A stretch of 64,000 nucleotides of DNA from Eukaryota sp. GEM-RC1 (Eukaryota): the NCBI GenBank assembly GCA_040285855.1, contig JAUFOQ010000016.1, forward strand, positions 2,790,001 to 2,854,000, read 5' to 3'. The notes beneath the pieces were generated by a model. The model made no database searches. It saw only the letters and a list, made by a program, of their open reading frames with translations, and was not told the origin of the DNA. This document shows, in pieces, positions 1 through 13,292 of this stretch. Every line of letters begins with the position of its first letter. The first letter of the stretch is position 1. The position numbers and the translations under genes are program-made.

Positions 1-1302
1 AGGCCAGTACTTGGTTTTCGAGTTCGAGCAGATGTTGGGATATATCGATGCTCTTACCTCGGGCTCTGGAATACCGGCACCACTCTAGAGCGAAATTCAG
101 GCAAGAAAACTGGTCGGTTTTCTGCAAGTAAGGCAGTTTGAGCTTGGATTCTCGGCGGGTTTCGTTTTCGAGTTCAGCGAACTTTGCGTTTTCAGGGGTA
201 GCTACGCCAGTGGCTGCATCCATGAAGGAACTGGGGAATCAGCTCCGAACTCAAACTTGGTATTGGTAAAAGCAGTAGGTACTGTTATACCAGGGAGTTT
301 GCTCGTATCACTGGGCAAAGTGAAGATTGAGCCACCTTTGGGTTTGGTGGAGTTGGATATTACCTTAGGGGTCGCCATAGGTGAATCTAAAGCCTTAGGT
401 TGAGGGGTACTCAACTGCTTCATGACCGTTAACATCTCCATTCTGAGATCATTGTTCTCTTTCAGGAGTTGTTCCACGAGGGGATTGGAATTCCCTGTGT
501 CTTGAATTGGGATAGGAAGGGAATCGCTGCTGGGTGAAATGTCGTCTTTTGGGGGGGGTCTTGTCTGGAGATGATACATGGAGGGACTGAGAGACAAGTC
601 ATCCTCTGAAGCTGACTTATTCTGTTCAGCCTGTTCTTTCCCAAGACGTATGAGTTCGGCGTTGATGTCACCATATCTTTCAATCAACAGCTTCGTGTGG
701 AGTTCACGATTTTCATAGAGTTCTTTAGGGTTTAAAGCTATCCCTGTTCGATTGAAGTTCTTGTCGTTTACATAACTCTTCTTGTTGGGATCAGGGGTTC
801 TGGTATCATCTGGGTCAGATGTTTTTATCCCATTTGGAAGATACGTTACTTTGAGCTTGCTCTTCTTAGAAGAAGTCTTCTTCGAAGGGACACTCTTAGT
901 TTTACGAACAGGAGGGACACTCTTGGGTTTACGAACAGGAGGGACACTCTTGTCGTTGAGTTTGGGAGATTTACGAACAGGAGGGACACTCTTGTCGTTG
1001 AGTCTCGAAGATTTACGAGCAAGAGGGACGCTCTTGTCGTCAGGACTGAGAAGGACATTCTCATCCTGTTTATCCTCGGAGAGAGGAAGGGTTGATGGTT
1101 TACTTTCTTTTCAGAAGGGGTACCTCCTTCCCAAGAGAAGTCTTCAGCATATTGATGCTGGGATGGGATCCTGGATCTGAGGTGAGTTCCACGTCGGCGT
1201 TTTCAGCCAATACGTATTGATGCTGTATGGAGTTAGTGGACATACAATGAATGAAATTAAGTTGGTTTATAATCTATGATTCTCATACTATGATAATCTA
1301 CA
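1..1302 (-). mobile_element. Gypsy unit 0 (partial: 5' spacer and N-terminal gag region)
   Basis: Matches the 5' 1.3 kb of the other units; ATG at 1243. Confidence 0.93.
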
Positions 1303-4300
1303 CTACTTCTTCTCCTTCTTCGAACCAGTTCTTCTTCGAGTTCTCTTGGCTATGGGAGTCTTGTTAGGATTAGCTTTTGAGGATGATCTCTTTCTCTGGT
1401 CTATGCAAGGATTATTATTATTTTTCTTAAACGCCATAAATGCCTTAGTGTTTTTAATACTTGAAGTAGCAACTGCAGTGATATCTCCTCCATACCATAA
1501 TACAGAACACATTGGACCTTCAGGTGAGTCGAATTGATCTAACACTTCAGTGATGACATGTTCTTCCTTATCACCAGCTGCAACTTGTTGGTGGATGCCA
1601 TGATCTGATGGAAGGTCAGAATGGTAGAGTTTGCATTGATGTACACTAGCTTGGGATTCAATGCCAGATACAAGGTTCTTGATTTTCAAGGATGATGATG
1701 AAAGGAGCTCGATGACCAGGAATGGGCCAGAGTGTTTGCCATGATGCTTTGTAGCAGTCTTAGAGGATCTGAGGATCAGATCGCCAATTTCAAATGGATT
1801 TGATTTATTGGACTTAGGGGGTCTCTTTGACGATTGATTGCTACTTGCTGATTCTTGCCTTTCCCGGATTCTCTCGTTTTTCTTTGAAGGTCTTCGATAA
1901 AAGGGATACTTAAATTGGAAGCTTCTAGGGCTCTGAGTATGATACTAGGATCTGCCTTAGGCCCAAAAGAGGACCCAAACATTAGTTCATAAGGGATGTG
2001 TTCAGTGTAACGATTCTTTGTTGCGTTTAGCTGGAGTTGTATGAAGGGAAGGTATTCGGTCCAGTTGTCGAATGTTCCAAAGTCGATTAGGAAACGTTGA
2101 AGATTTCTTAAGACATCGCGATGACGTCTCTCGACTAACCCGTTAGATTGAGAAAAGTGGGGGATGGATGTTGTGTTATCAATTGCCAGCAGTTGACAGA
2201 CTGCGTTGAATGTTGCGTTAGCAAATTCAGGACCGTTGTCGCTGTGGATGGAATAGGGGATACCGAATATACCACATACGTTGAACACGAGTGCATATGC
2301 AACTTCTTTAGCGTTCAGTTCATTGATTGGGGCTAATATAGTGAATCTTGTGAAAGAATCTACAAATACTAGGATGTAACGGTTACCTTCAGCGTCAGGG
2401 GATAATGGACCAATAGTGTCTACATTAACTTTGGCGAATGGTTTATCGGCCCAAAGTGATCCTGAGTGAGGGATTTGATCCCTTTGACAGGGGATGTCTT
2501 TTGGCATGAGGGACAGCTCTTGATATGATTGACTAGATCGTCTTTCATGTTAGGCCACCAGTAGTCGCTGTCGTTAAGGTTTTTAACTGATGTTGCTATA
2601 CTGGGATGACCAGATTGTACTAATCCATGGATGTTGAGCAAGGCGGATTTCCTGAGGGACAAGGGGATCAGGATTTTTTGTCGTTGGTTAGATATAACTG
2701 TACTCTATCGTTGAATGTTGTGTTGTTGAAGAGGGGTTCGTTTGACTCAATCGCTTTGAATTGTTCGGAACGGATTCTGCTCAACCAATTGCTGAAGATT
2801 GGGAGATCTTTTCGTGCAACTTCACGGAGACTGTTAATTGAGGGGAGATCGGTGTGATCAATTCTTGTAACGGCTACTGGATCATCAGTAGGTTGTGCAG
2901 CGGATTGCTGGATGGGAGATTGGTGAGGACATAACCGTGAGAGCATGTCTGCCCAGTGGTTGTCAACTCCAGATGTGTGTACGATGTCGAATTGGTATTC
3001 TGAAAGTACGAAGAGCCATCTTTTAATCATTCTGTTCTTATCGGGACACGAAATGAGGTATGCTAGGTTCTTGTGATCTGTGAAGATTGTAAGGTGCCTA
3101 GTCTTGAGGAAGTTAGCCAAGCTCGACTCAGTCAAGATGATGAGGATGGCGTAAAGCTCTTTCTGGATGGTCGCCCATTGAGCTGAGAATCGGACAGTAT
3201 ACGGCTGAAGAAACTAATAGGTTGAACCTTTCGTTTTATCAATGGTGTACCTGGTGGACTTGGAGAGATTTCGTTCCAGATGACACCTCCAACAGCAAGG
3301 TCAGAAGCGTCTGCGCTAATGAGGATGTTACTATTGGGGCCAGGAAGGTCGAGTGGTATTTGATGGACTATCAAATTTTTGATTGAATCAAAAGCTCGTT
3401 GGTGTTTGTGTTCCCATTTTACGCCTTTAGGTTTTCCTTTGGTCAGGGCGATAATTGGGGCTAACAATTGGGAGATTCCTGGTAACCAGTCTCTGATGTA
3501 GTTGATTGTACATACGAGGCTTCTTACATCTTTTACTGTCTTGGGGTTTGGAATTTCAAGGACAGCTTTGATTCTGACATCATCGATTAATCTGGTTTTG
3601 TTGTGGAAGATACTGCCTAATATCTTGATTGGGTGTTTGTGGGTTACAAACTTGCACTTGTGGATGCCGAGGGTTACTCTAGCGGATTGTGCTTTATTGA
3701 AAACTGCTCGAAGTCTAGTTATAAATTCATCGAACACTGAAGCTATAACTATGATATCATCTAGATAGATGAAGACTCCATCCATTGCGAAGATCTCTGT
3801 CATCAGGTTTTGGAAAATTGCTGGTACATTTTTCAGGCCGAATGGAGCTCTGGTGAACTTAATTGTTCTGCCAGGGATTGTTAAAGCAGTTTTGTCCATA
3901 TCTTTTGGAGCAACTTTGAGTTGCCAAAAGGCCTTGGGGAGATCGAGAGTTGCAATGAAGTTTGCTGCTGGTAAGAATGTGATCACGTCAGCGATGTTGG
4001 GCAGGTCGGATGCTATCGGGACTGTTGAATCGTTAACATCTCCTGTTCCGCTGTAATCTCCAGTCAGACGTGGTTTCCTATGATCAGGGTACGTGACGAG
4101 TACTACAGGGCTTGAGAACTTAGATTGTGGGGATGACACGGCGAAACCTTGTTCGATAAGTTCGTCAAAGATGCCATTGGCGATCTTTAGCTTCTCAGGA
4201 TTGAAGTAGCGTGGTTTCCTTTTGACGACAGTTGACTCGTCGTGGAAGGGTATTTCCATTGGGGGACAATCTATTCCATCGGGATGAGGAGTCGACTGGA

Positions 4301-7297
4301 ATATGATCCTGAATTCTTCTAAGAGGGATGTGAGCTCTTCCTCTAGAAGTTGATTGTCTAATTCGATTGTGCAACCGGATTCAACTGGGTTGAATGATGT
4401 GGAATGATCGGTGTGTCTGGACCTCACTGGTGAGTGTGTGCTTATTAGGTGATCGAATTCCGATTCATCTTTCAAGATGGTGTTATGTTCTTTTCTAGTC
4501 TAATGACTAGGCTGACCTCTGTCAACAGCCCTAATTTGTTTAATAAATCGATTCCGATGAGCATTGTTTTATTACCGGTAACAATAGGGAAGGAGTGATC
4601 TATATAAACTAGGTTAGCTGCGCTATTGAGCTGGAACGCAAGAACACCTTTGGCTGTGCCTAAGGACGATGTACGGGTGCCATTTGCAGTGATGTAGGGG
4701 ATTGTTTCCTGTGAGGTGTTCATCTTGCAGAGATCGACTAAGTCTTGAGTGATGACGGAGACTTGTGCGCCTGAATCTATGGTTCCGGATATTGAAACAT
4801 CGTTAACAGACATGTTCAGGGCCATGAATTTGTCTTGGTTGTTGCGAGTTATACTCATAATCCTGGGTGTATCGTTGAGGATTTCGCTGATAGGATTGTT
4901 GAGTGTGTGTGAGGTGTAAGAGCTTGGTGTCGAGGTTGTCGACAAAAATTCAAATAATTATCATTTTTATTACGCTTTAAATCTACATTACCACTACCGG
5001 ATCTGCGTTTTCTTTCTTCAAACTTACCAGCGTTTAAAGAGGATACTCTGCAGTTGGGATCGGGGCACATTTCGACTGTATGGCCAGGCTCTTTGCAGTA
5101 CTTACATACTGATTCAGATCCTGTGTCTCTGTGCTTGGGCTTTTGGCGATTCTTACCGGGACCTCTGGGACCTTTGAATTGTCCACGTTTATGAGATTTT
5201 TTTCGGGGTTCCTATTTCTAACGTCTGAGTCACTGTCAGAGTCGAAGGAGGGACGGAAGTTCTTCAACTTGTTGTATCGAGGGACACTCGAGTTATGGAG
5301 ATAGGGGGCACCTGACTCAGTGATTGGGGGGAGTGGATGGACGAATAGTGTCCAGGAATCTAGCATCTGAGATATATTGGGGTCTGACATTCTGACGCTG
5401 GATGTTCTGGCTGCACCAGTTCAAGTACCGGTCTTTCAGGTCCTTGAACACCTCGACTGTGCTGAGTTGAGCAAAGGAGGCTTTATCTTTGAAGAAGATC
5501 TTCGTGTCTGATCGGATGATTGGAATACCGATGTTGTGGGCAAAGTATTTTAGAATGTCCCGGGCTTCGAAACAGTACAACTGAGTGGTGTTCAGTTCAA
5601 TCATGGTGGACCTGTTTGCCACGATTGTGAAGTGGCGAAGGAAGTCATCCCAACGCTCTTTGTTGGAGCTCCATGACTTGTCCCAGTCCATGCGGCATTC
5701 GACAAGGGCGTTGTCTGCAATCTGGGGGATTCAAATTGGGAGCTGAGGATTATTCGTTCCCAGATTGCCCAGTTGCATAAGAAGTTGGCGATGGTGCCAT
5801 CAGATTTCCACGAGCTCAGGATGTGAGGGTCGACATGGAGTTGAATTCCTCTAATGTCGACGTTTAGCAGAAGGTCTCTGGCTAAATCGAGGCCATGACG
5901 GGGTTCGCCATAAGTGGTCTTGTTGATGGATAGTACATCCTCGAAAGGAGTGAACAGTTCATCTGCTGTGGTGGGTTCGGCAAGTTGTCTCCAGGCCAGT
6001 ACTTGGTTTTCGAGTTCGAGCAGATGTTGGGATATATCGATGCTCTTACCTCGGGCTCTGGAATACCGGCACCACTCTAGAGCGAAATTCAGGCAAGAAA
6101 ACTGGTCGGTTTTCTGCAAGTAAGGCGGTTTGAGCTTGGATTCTCGGCGGGTTTCGTTTTCGAGTTCAGCGAACTTTGCGTTTTCAGGGGTAGCTACGCC
6201 AGTGGCTGCATCCATGAAGGAACTGGGGAATCAGCTCCGAACTCAAACTTGGTATTGGTAAAAGCAGTAGGTACTGTTATACCAGGGAGTTTGCTCGTAT
6301 CACTGGGCAAAGTGAAGATTGAGCCACCTTTGGGTTTGGTGGAGTTGGATATTACCTTAGGGGTCGCCATAGGTGAATCTAAAGCCTTAGGTTGAGGGGT
6401 ACTCAACTGCTTCATGACCGTTAACATCTCCATTCTGAGATCATTGTTCTCTTTCAGGAGTTGTTCCACGAGGGGATTGGAATTCCCTGTGTCTTGAATT
6501 GGGATAGGAAGGGAATCGCTGCTGGGTGAAATGTCGTCTTTTGGGGGGGTCTTGTCTGGAGATGATACATGGAGGGGGACTGAGAGACAAGTCATCCTCT
6601 GAAGCTGACTTATTCTGTTCAGCCTGTTCTTTCCCAAGACGTATGAGTTCGGCGTTGATGTCACCATATCTTTCAATCAACAGCTTCGTGTGGAGTTCAC
6701 GATTTTCATAGAGTTCTTTAGGGTTTAAAGCTATCCCTGTTCGATTGAAGTTCTTGTCGTTTACATAACTCTTCTTGTTGGGATCAGGGGTTCTGGTATC
6801 ATCTGGGTCAGATGTTTTTATCCCATTTGGAAGATACGTTACTTTGAGCTTGCTCTTCTTAGAAGAAGTCTTCTTCGAAGGGACACTCTTAGTTTTACGA
6901 ACAGGAGGGACACTCTTGGGTTTACGAACAGGAGGGACACTCTTGTCGTTGAGTTTGGGAGATTTACGAACAGGAGGGACACTCTTGTCGTTGAGTCTCG
7001 AAGATTTACGAGCAAGAGGGACGCTCTTGTCGTCAGGACTGAGAAGGACATTCTCATCCTGTTTATCCTCGGAGAGAGGAAGGGTTGATGGTTTACTTTC
7101 TTTTTCAGAAGGGGGTACCTCCTTCCCAAGAGAAGTCTTCAGCATATTGATGCTGGGATGGGATCCTGGATCTGAGGTGAGTTCCACGTCGGCGTTTTCA
7201 GCCAATACGTATTGATGCTGTATGGAGTTAGTGGACATACAATGAATGAAATTAAGTTGGTTTATAATCTATGATTCTCATACTATGATAATCTACA
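1303..7297 (-). mobile_element. Gypsy unit 1 (5995 bp), gag-pol broken by several indels
   Basis: ORF pieces carry protease IDSGA (4472-4945), RT YLDD and RNase H ADASD (3132-4475), integrase VDTIGP/SDNGPEF/GLVER (1776-2507) and a chromo-like tail (1303-1689). Confidence 0.95.
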
Positions 7298-10200
7298 CTA
7301 CTTCTTCTCCTTCTTCGAACCAGTTCTTCTTCGAGTTCTCTTGGCTATGGGAGTCTTGTTAGGATTAGCTTTTGAGGATGATCTCTTTCTCTGGTCTATG
7401 CAATGATTATTATTATTTTTCTTAAACGCCATAAATGCCTTAGTGTTTTTAATACTTGAAGTAGCAACTGCAGTGATATCTCCTCCATACCATAATACAG
7501 AACACATTGGACCTTCAGGTGAGTCGAATTGATCTAACACTTCAGTGATGACATGTTCTTCCTTATCACCAGCTGCAACTTGTTGGTGGATGCCATGATC
7601 TGATGGAAGGTCAGAATGGTAGAGTTTGCATTGATGTACACTAGCTTGGGATTCAATGCCAGATACAAGGTTCTTGATTTTCAAGGATGATGATGAAAGG
7701 AGCTCGATGACCAGGAATGGGCCAGAGTGTTTGCCATGATGCTTTGTAGCAGTCTTAGAGGATCTGAGGATCAGATCGCCAATTTCAAATGGATTTGATT
7801 TATTGGACTTAGGGGGTCTCTTTGACGATTGATTGCTACTTGCTGATTCTTGCCTTTCCCGGATTCTCTCGTTTTTCTTTGAAGGTCTTCGATAAAAGGG
7901 ATACTTAAATTGGAAGCTTCTAGGGCTCTGAGTATGATACTAGGATCTGCCTTAGGCCCAAAAGAGGACCCAAACATTAGTTCATAAGGGATGTGTTCAG
8001 TGTAACGATTCTTTGTTGCGTTTAGCTGGAGTTGTATGAAGGGAAGGTATTCGGTCCAGTTGTCGAATGTTCCAAAGTCGATTAGGAAACGTTGAAGATT
8101 TCTTAAGACATCGCGATGACGTCTCTCGACTAACCCGTTAGATTGAGAAAAGTGGGGGATGGATGTTGTGTTATCAATTGCCAGCAGTTGACAGACTGCG
8201 TTGAATGTTGCGTTAGCAAATTCAGGACCGTTGTCGCTGTGGATGGAATAGGGGATACCGAATATACCACATACGTTGAACACGAGTGCATATGCAACTT
8301 CTTTAGCGTTCAGTTCATTGATTGGGGCTAATATAGTGAATCTTGTGAAAGAATCTACAAATACTAGGATGTAACGGTTACCTTCAGCGTCAGGGGATAA
8401 TGGACCAATAGTGTCTACATTAACTTTGGCGAATGGTTTATCGGCCCAAAGTGATCCTGAGTGAGGGATTTGATCCCTTTTGACAGGGGATGTCTTTTGG
8501 CATGAGGGACAGCTCTTGATATGATTGACTAGATCGTCTTTCATGTTAGGCCACCAGTAGTCGCTGTCGTTAAGGTTTTTAACTGATGTTGCTATACTGG
8601 GATGACCAGATTGTACTAATCCATGGATGTTGAGCAAGGCGGATTTCCTGAGGGACAAGGGGATCAGGATTTTTTTGTCGTTGGTTAGATATAACTGTAC
8701 TCTATCGTTGAATGTTGTGTTGTTGAAGAGGGGTTCGTTTGACTCAATCGCTTTGAATTGTTCGGAACGGATTCTGCTCAACCAATTGCTGAAAATTGGG
8801 AGATCTTTTCGTGCAACTTCACGGAGACTGTTAATTGAGGGGAGATCGGTGTGATCAATTCTTGTAACGGCTACTGGATCATCAGTAGGTTGTGCAGCGG
8901 ATTGCTGGATGGGAGATTGGTGAGGACATAACCGTGAGAGCATGTCTGCCCAGTGGTTGTCAACTCCAGATGTGTGTACGATGTCGAATTGGTATTCTGA
9001 AAGTACGAAGAGCCATCTTTTAATCATTCTGTTCTTATCGGGACACGAAATGAGGTATGCTAGGTTCTTGTGATCTGTGAAGATTGTAAGGTGCCTAGTC
9101 TTGAGGAAGTTAGCCAAGCTCGACTCAGTCAAGATGATGAGGATGGCGTAAAGCTCTTTCTGGATGGTCGCCCATTGAGCTGAGAATCGGACAGTATACG
9201 GCTGAAGAAACTAATAGGTTGAACCTTTCGTTTTATCAATGGTGTACCTGGTGGACTTGGAGAGATTTCGTTCCAGATGACACCTCCAACAGCAAGGTCA
9301 GAAGCGTCTGCGCTAATGAGGATGTTACTATTGGGGCCAGGAAGGTCGAGTGGTATTTGATGGACTATCAAATTTTGATTGAATCAAAAGCTCGTTGGTG
9401 TTTGTGTTCCCATTTTACGCCTTTAGGTTTTCCTTTGGTCAGGGCGATAATTGGGGCTAACAATTGGGAGATTCCTGGTAACCAGTCTCTGATGTAGTTG
9501 ATTGTACATACGAGGCTTCTTACATCTTTTACTGTCTTGGGGTTTGGAATTTCAAGGACAGCTTTGATTCTGACATCATCGATTAATCTGGTTTTGTTGT
9601 GGAAGATACTGCCTAATATCTTGATTGGGTGTTTGTGGGTTACAAACTTGCACTTGTGGATGCCGAGGCTTACTCTAGCGGATTGTGCTTTATTGAAAAC
9701 TGCTCGAAGTCTAGTTATAAATTCATCGAACACTGAAGCTATAACTATGATATCATCTAGATAGATGAAGACTCCATCCATTGCGAAGATCTCTGTCATC
9801 AGGTTTTGGAAAATTGCTGGTACATTTTTCAGGCCGAATGGAGCTCTGGTGAACTTAATTGTTCTGCCAGGGATTGTTAAAGCAGTTTTGTCCATATCTT
9901 TTGGAGCAACTTTGAGTTGCCAAAAGGCCTTGGGGAGATCGAGAGTTGCAATGAAGTTTGATGCTGGTAAGAATGTGATCACGTCAGCGATGTTGGGCAG
10001 GTCGGATGCTATCGGGACTGTTGAATCGTTAACACCTCCTGTTCCGCTGTAATCTCCAGTCAGACGTGGTTTCCTATGATCAGGGTACGTGACGAGTACT
10101 ACAGGGCTTGAGAACTTAGATTGTGGGGATGACACGGCGAAACCTTGTTCGATAAGTTCGTCAAAGATGCCATTGGCGATCTTTAGCTTCTCAGGATTGA

Positions 10201-13200
10201 AGTAGCGTGGTTTCCTTTTGACGACAGTTGACTCGTCGTGGAAGGGTATTTCCATTGGGGGACAATCTATTCCATCGGGATGAGGAGTCGACTGGAATAT
10301 GATCCTGAATTCTTCTAAGAGGGATGTGAGCTCTTCCTCTAGAAGTTGATTGTCTAATTCGATTGTGCAACCGGATTCAACTGGGTTGAATGATGTGGAA
10401 TGATCGGTGTGTCTGGACCTCACTGGTGAGTGTGTGCTCATTAGGTGATCGAATTCCGATTCATCTTTCAAGATGGTGTTATGTTCTTTTCTAGTCTAAT
10501 GACTAGGCTGTCCTCTGTCAACAGCCCTAATTTGTTTAATAATTCGATTCCGATGAGCATTGTTTTATTACCGGTAACAATAGGGAAGGAGTGATCTATA
10601 TAAACTAGGTTAGCTGCGCTATTGAGCTGGAACGCAAGAACACCTTTGGCTGTGCCTAAGGACGATGTACGGGTGCCATTTGCAGTGATGTAGGGGATTG
10701 TTTCCTGTGAGGTGTTCATCTTGCAGAGATCGACTAAGTCTTGAGTGATGACGGAGACTTGTGCGCCTGAATCTATGGTTCCGGATATTGAAACATCGTT
10801 AACAGACATGTTCAGGGCAATGAATTTGTCTTGGTTGTTGCGAGTTATACTCATAATCCTGGGTGTATCGTTGACGATTTCGCTGATAGGATTGTTGAGT
10901 GTGTGTGGAGTGTAAGAGCTTGGTGTCGAGGTTGTCGACAAAAATTCAAATAATTATCATTTTTATTACGCTTTAAATCTACATTACCACTACCGGATCT
11001 GCGTTTTCTTTCTTCAAACTTACCAGCGTTTAAAGAGGATACTCTGCAGTTGGGATCGGGGCACATTTCGACTGTATGGCCAGGCTCTTTGCAGTACTTA
11101 CATACTGATTCAGATCCTGTGTCTCTGTGCTTGGGCTTTTGGCGATTCTTACCGGGACCTCTGGGACCTTTGAATTGTCCACGTTTATGAGATTTTTTTC
11201 GGGGTTCCTATTTCTAACGTCTGAGTCACTGTCAGAGTCGAAGGAGGGACGGAAGTTCTTCAACTTGTTGTATCGAGGGACACTCGAGTTATGGAGATAG
11301 GGGGCACCTGACTCAGTGATTGGGGGAGTGGATGGACGAATAGTGTCCAGGAATCTAGCATCTGAGATATATTGGGGTCTGACATTCTGACGCTGGATGT
11401 TCTGGCTGCACCAGTTCAAGTACCGGTCTTTCAGGTCCTTGAACACCTCGACTGTGCTGAGTTGAGCAAAGGAGGCTTTATCTTTGAAGAAGATCTTCGT
11501 GTCCGATCGGATGATTGGAATACCGATGTTGTGGGCAAAGTATTTTAGAATGTCCCGGGCTTCGAAACAGTACAACTGAGTGGTGTTCAGTTCAATCATG
11601 GTGGACCTGTTTGCCACGATTGTGAAGCGGCGAAGGAAGTCATCCCAACGCTCTTTGTTGGAGCTCCATGACTTGTCCCAGTCCATGCGGCATTCGGCAA
11701 GGGCGTTGTCTGCAATCTGGGGGATTCAAATTGGGAGCTGAGGATTATTCGTTCCCAGATTGCCCAGTTGCATAAGAAGTTGGCGATGGTGCCATCAGAT
11801 TTCCACGAGCTCAGGATGTGAGGGTCGACATGGAGTTGAATTCCTCTAATGTCGACGTTTAGCAGAAGGTCTCTGGCTAAATCGAGGCCATGACGGGGTT
11901 CGCCATAAGTGGTCTTGTTGATGGATAGTACATCCTCGAAAGGAGTGAACAGTTCATCTGCTGTGGTGGGTTCGGCAAGTTGTCTCCAGGCCAGTACTTG
12001 GTTTTCGAGTTCGAGCAGATGTTGGGATATATCAATGCTCTTACCTCGGGCTCTGGAATACCGGCGCCACTCTAGAGCGAAATTCAGGCAAGAAAACTGG
12101 TCGGTTTTCTGCAAGTAAGGCGGTTTGAGCTTGGATTCTCGGCGGGTTTCGTTTTCGAGTTCAGCGAACTTTGCGTTTTCAGGGGTAGCTACGCCAGTGG
12201 CTGCATCCATGAAGGAACTGGGGAATCAGCTCCGAACTCAAACTTGGTATTGGTAAAAGCAGTAGGTACTGTTATACCAGGGAGTTTGCTCGTATCACTG
12301 GGCAAAGTGAAGATTGAGCCACCTTTGGGTTTGGTGGAGTTGGATATTACCTTAGGGGTCGCCATAGGTGAATCTAAAGCCTTAGGTTGAGGGGTACTCA
12401 ACTGCTTCATGACCGTTAACATCTCCATTCTGAGATCATTGTTCTCTTTCAGGAGTTGTTCCACGAGGGGATTGGAATTCCCTGTGTCTTGAATTGGGAT
12501 AGGAAGGGAATCGCTGCTGGGTGAAATGTCGTCTTTTGGGGGGGGGTCTTGTCTGGAGATGAAACATGGAGGGACTGAGAGACAAGTCATCCTCTGAAGC
12601 TGACTTATTCTGTTCAGCCTGTTCTTTCCCAAGACGGATGAGTTCGGCGTTGATGTCACCATATCTTTCAATCAACAGCTTCGTGTGGAGTTCACGATTT
12701 TCATAGAGTTCTTTAGGGTTTAAAGCTATCCCTGTTCGATTGAAGTTCTTGTCGTTTACATAACTCTTCTTGTTGGGATCAGGGGTTCTGGTATCATCTG
12801 GGTCAGATGTTTTTATCCCATTTGGAAGATACGTTACTTTGAGCTTGCTCTTCTTAGAAGAAGTCTTCTTCGAAGGGACACTCTTAGTTTTACGAACAGG
12901 AGGGACACTCTTGGGTTTACGAACAGGAGGGACACTCTTGTCGTTGAGTTTGGGAGATTTACGAACAGGAGGGACACTCTTGTCGTTGAGTCTCGAAGAT
13001 TTACGAGCAAGAGGGACGCTCTTGTCGTCAGGACTGAGAAGGACATTCTCATCCTGTTTATCCTCGGAGAGAGGAAGGGTTGATGGTTTACTTTCTTTTT
13101 CAGAAGGGGGTACCTCCTTCCCAAGAGAAGTCTTCAGCATATTGATGCTGGGATGGGATCCTGGATCTGAGGTGAGTTCCACGTCGGCGTTTTCAGCCAA

Positions 13201-13292
13201 TACGTATTGATGCTGTATGGAGTTAGTGGACATACAATGAATGAAATTAAGTTGGTTTATAATCTATGATTCTCATACTATGATAATCTACA
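7298..13292 (-). mobile_element. Gypsy unit 2 (5995 bp)
   Basis: Same domain ORFs as unit 1: 10468-10941 PR, 9368-10471 RT, 7771-9132 RH/IN. Confidence 0.95.

Noticed and set aside
885..1040. Short direct repeats with variable intervening sequence, superficially CRISPR-like
   Set aside because: They are in-frame coding repeats of gag in a eukaryotic retroelement; the spacers are tiny and related, and there are no cas genes.
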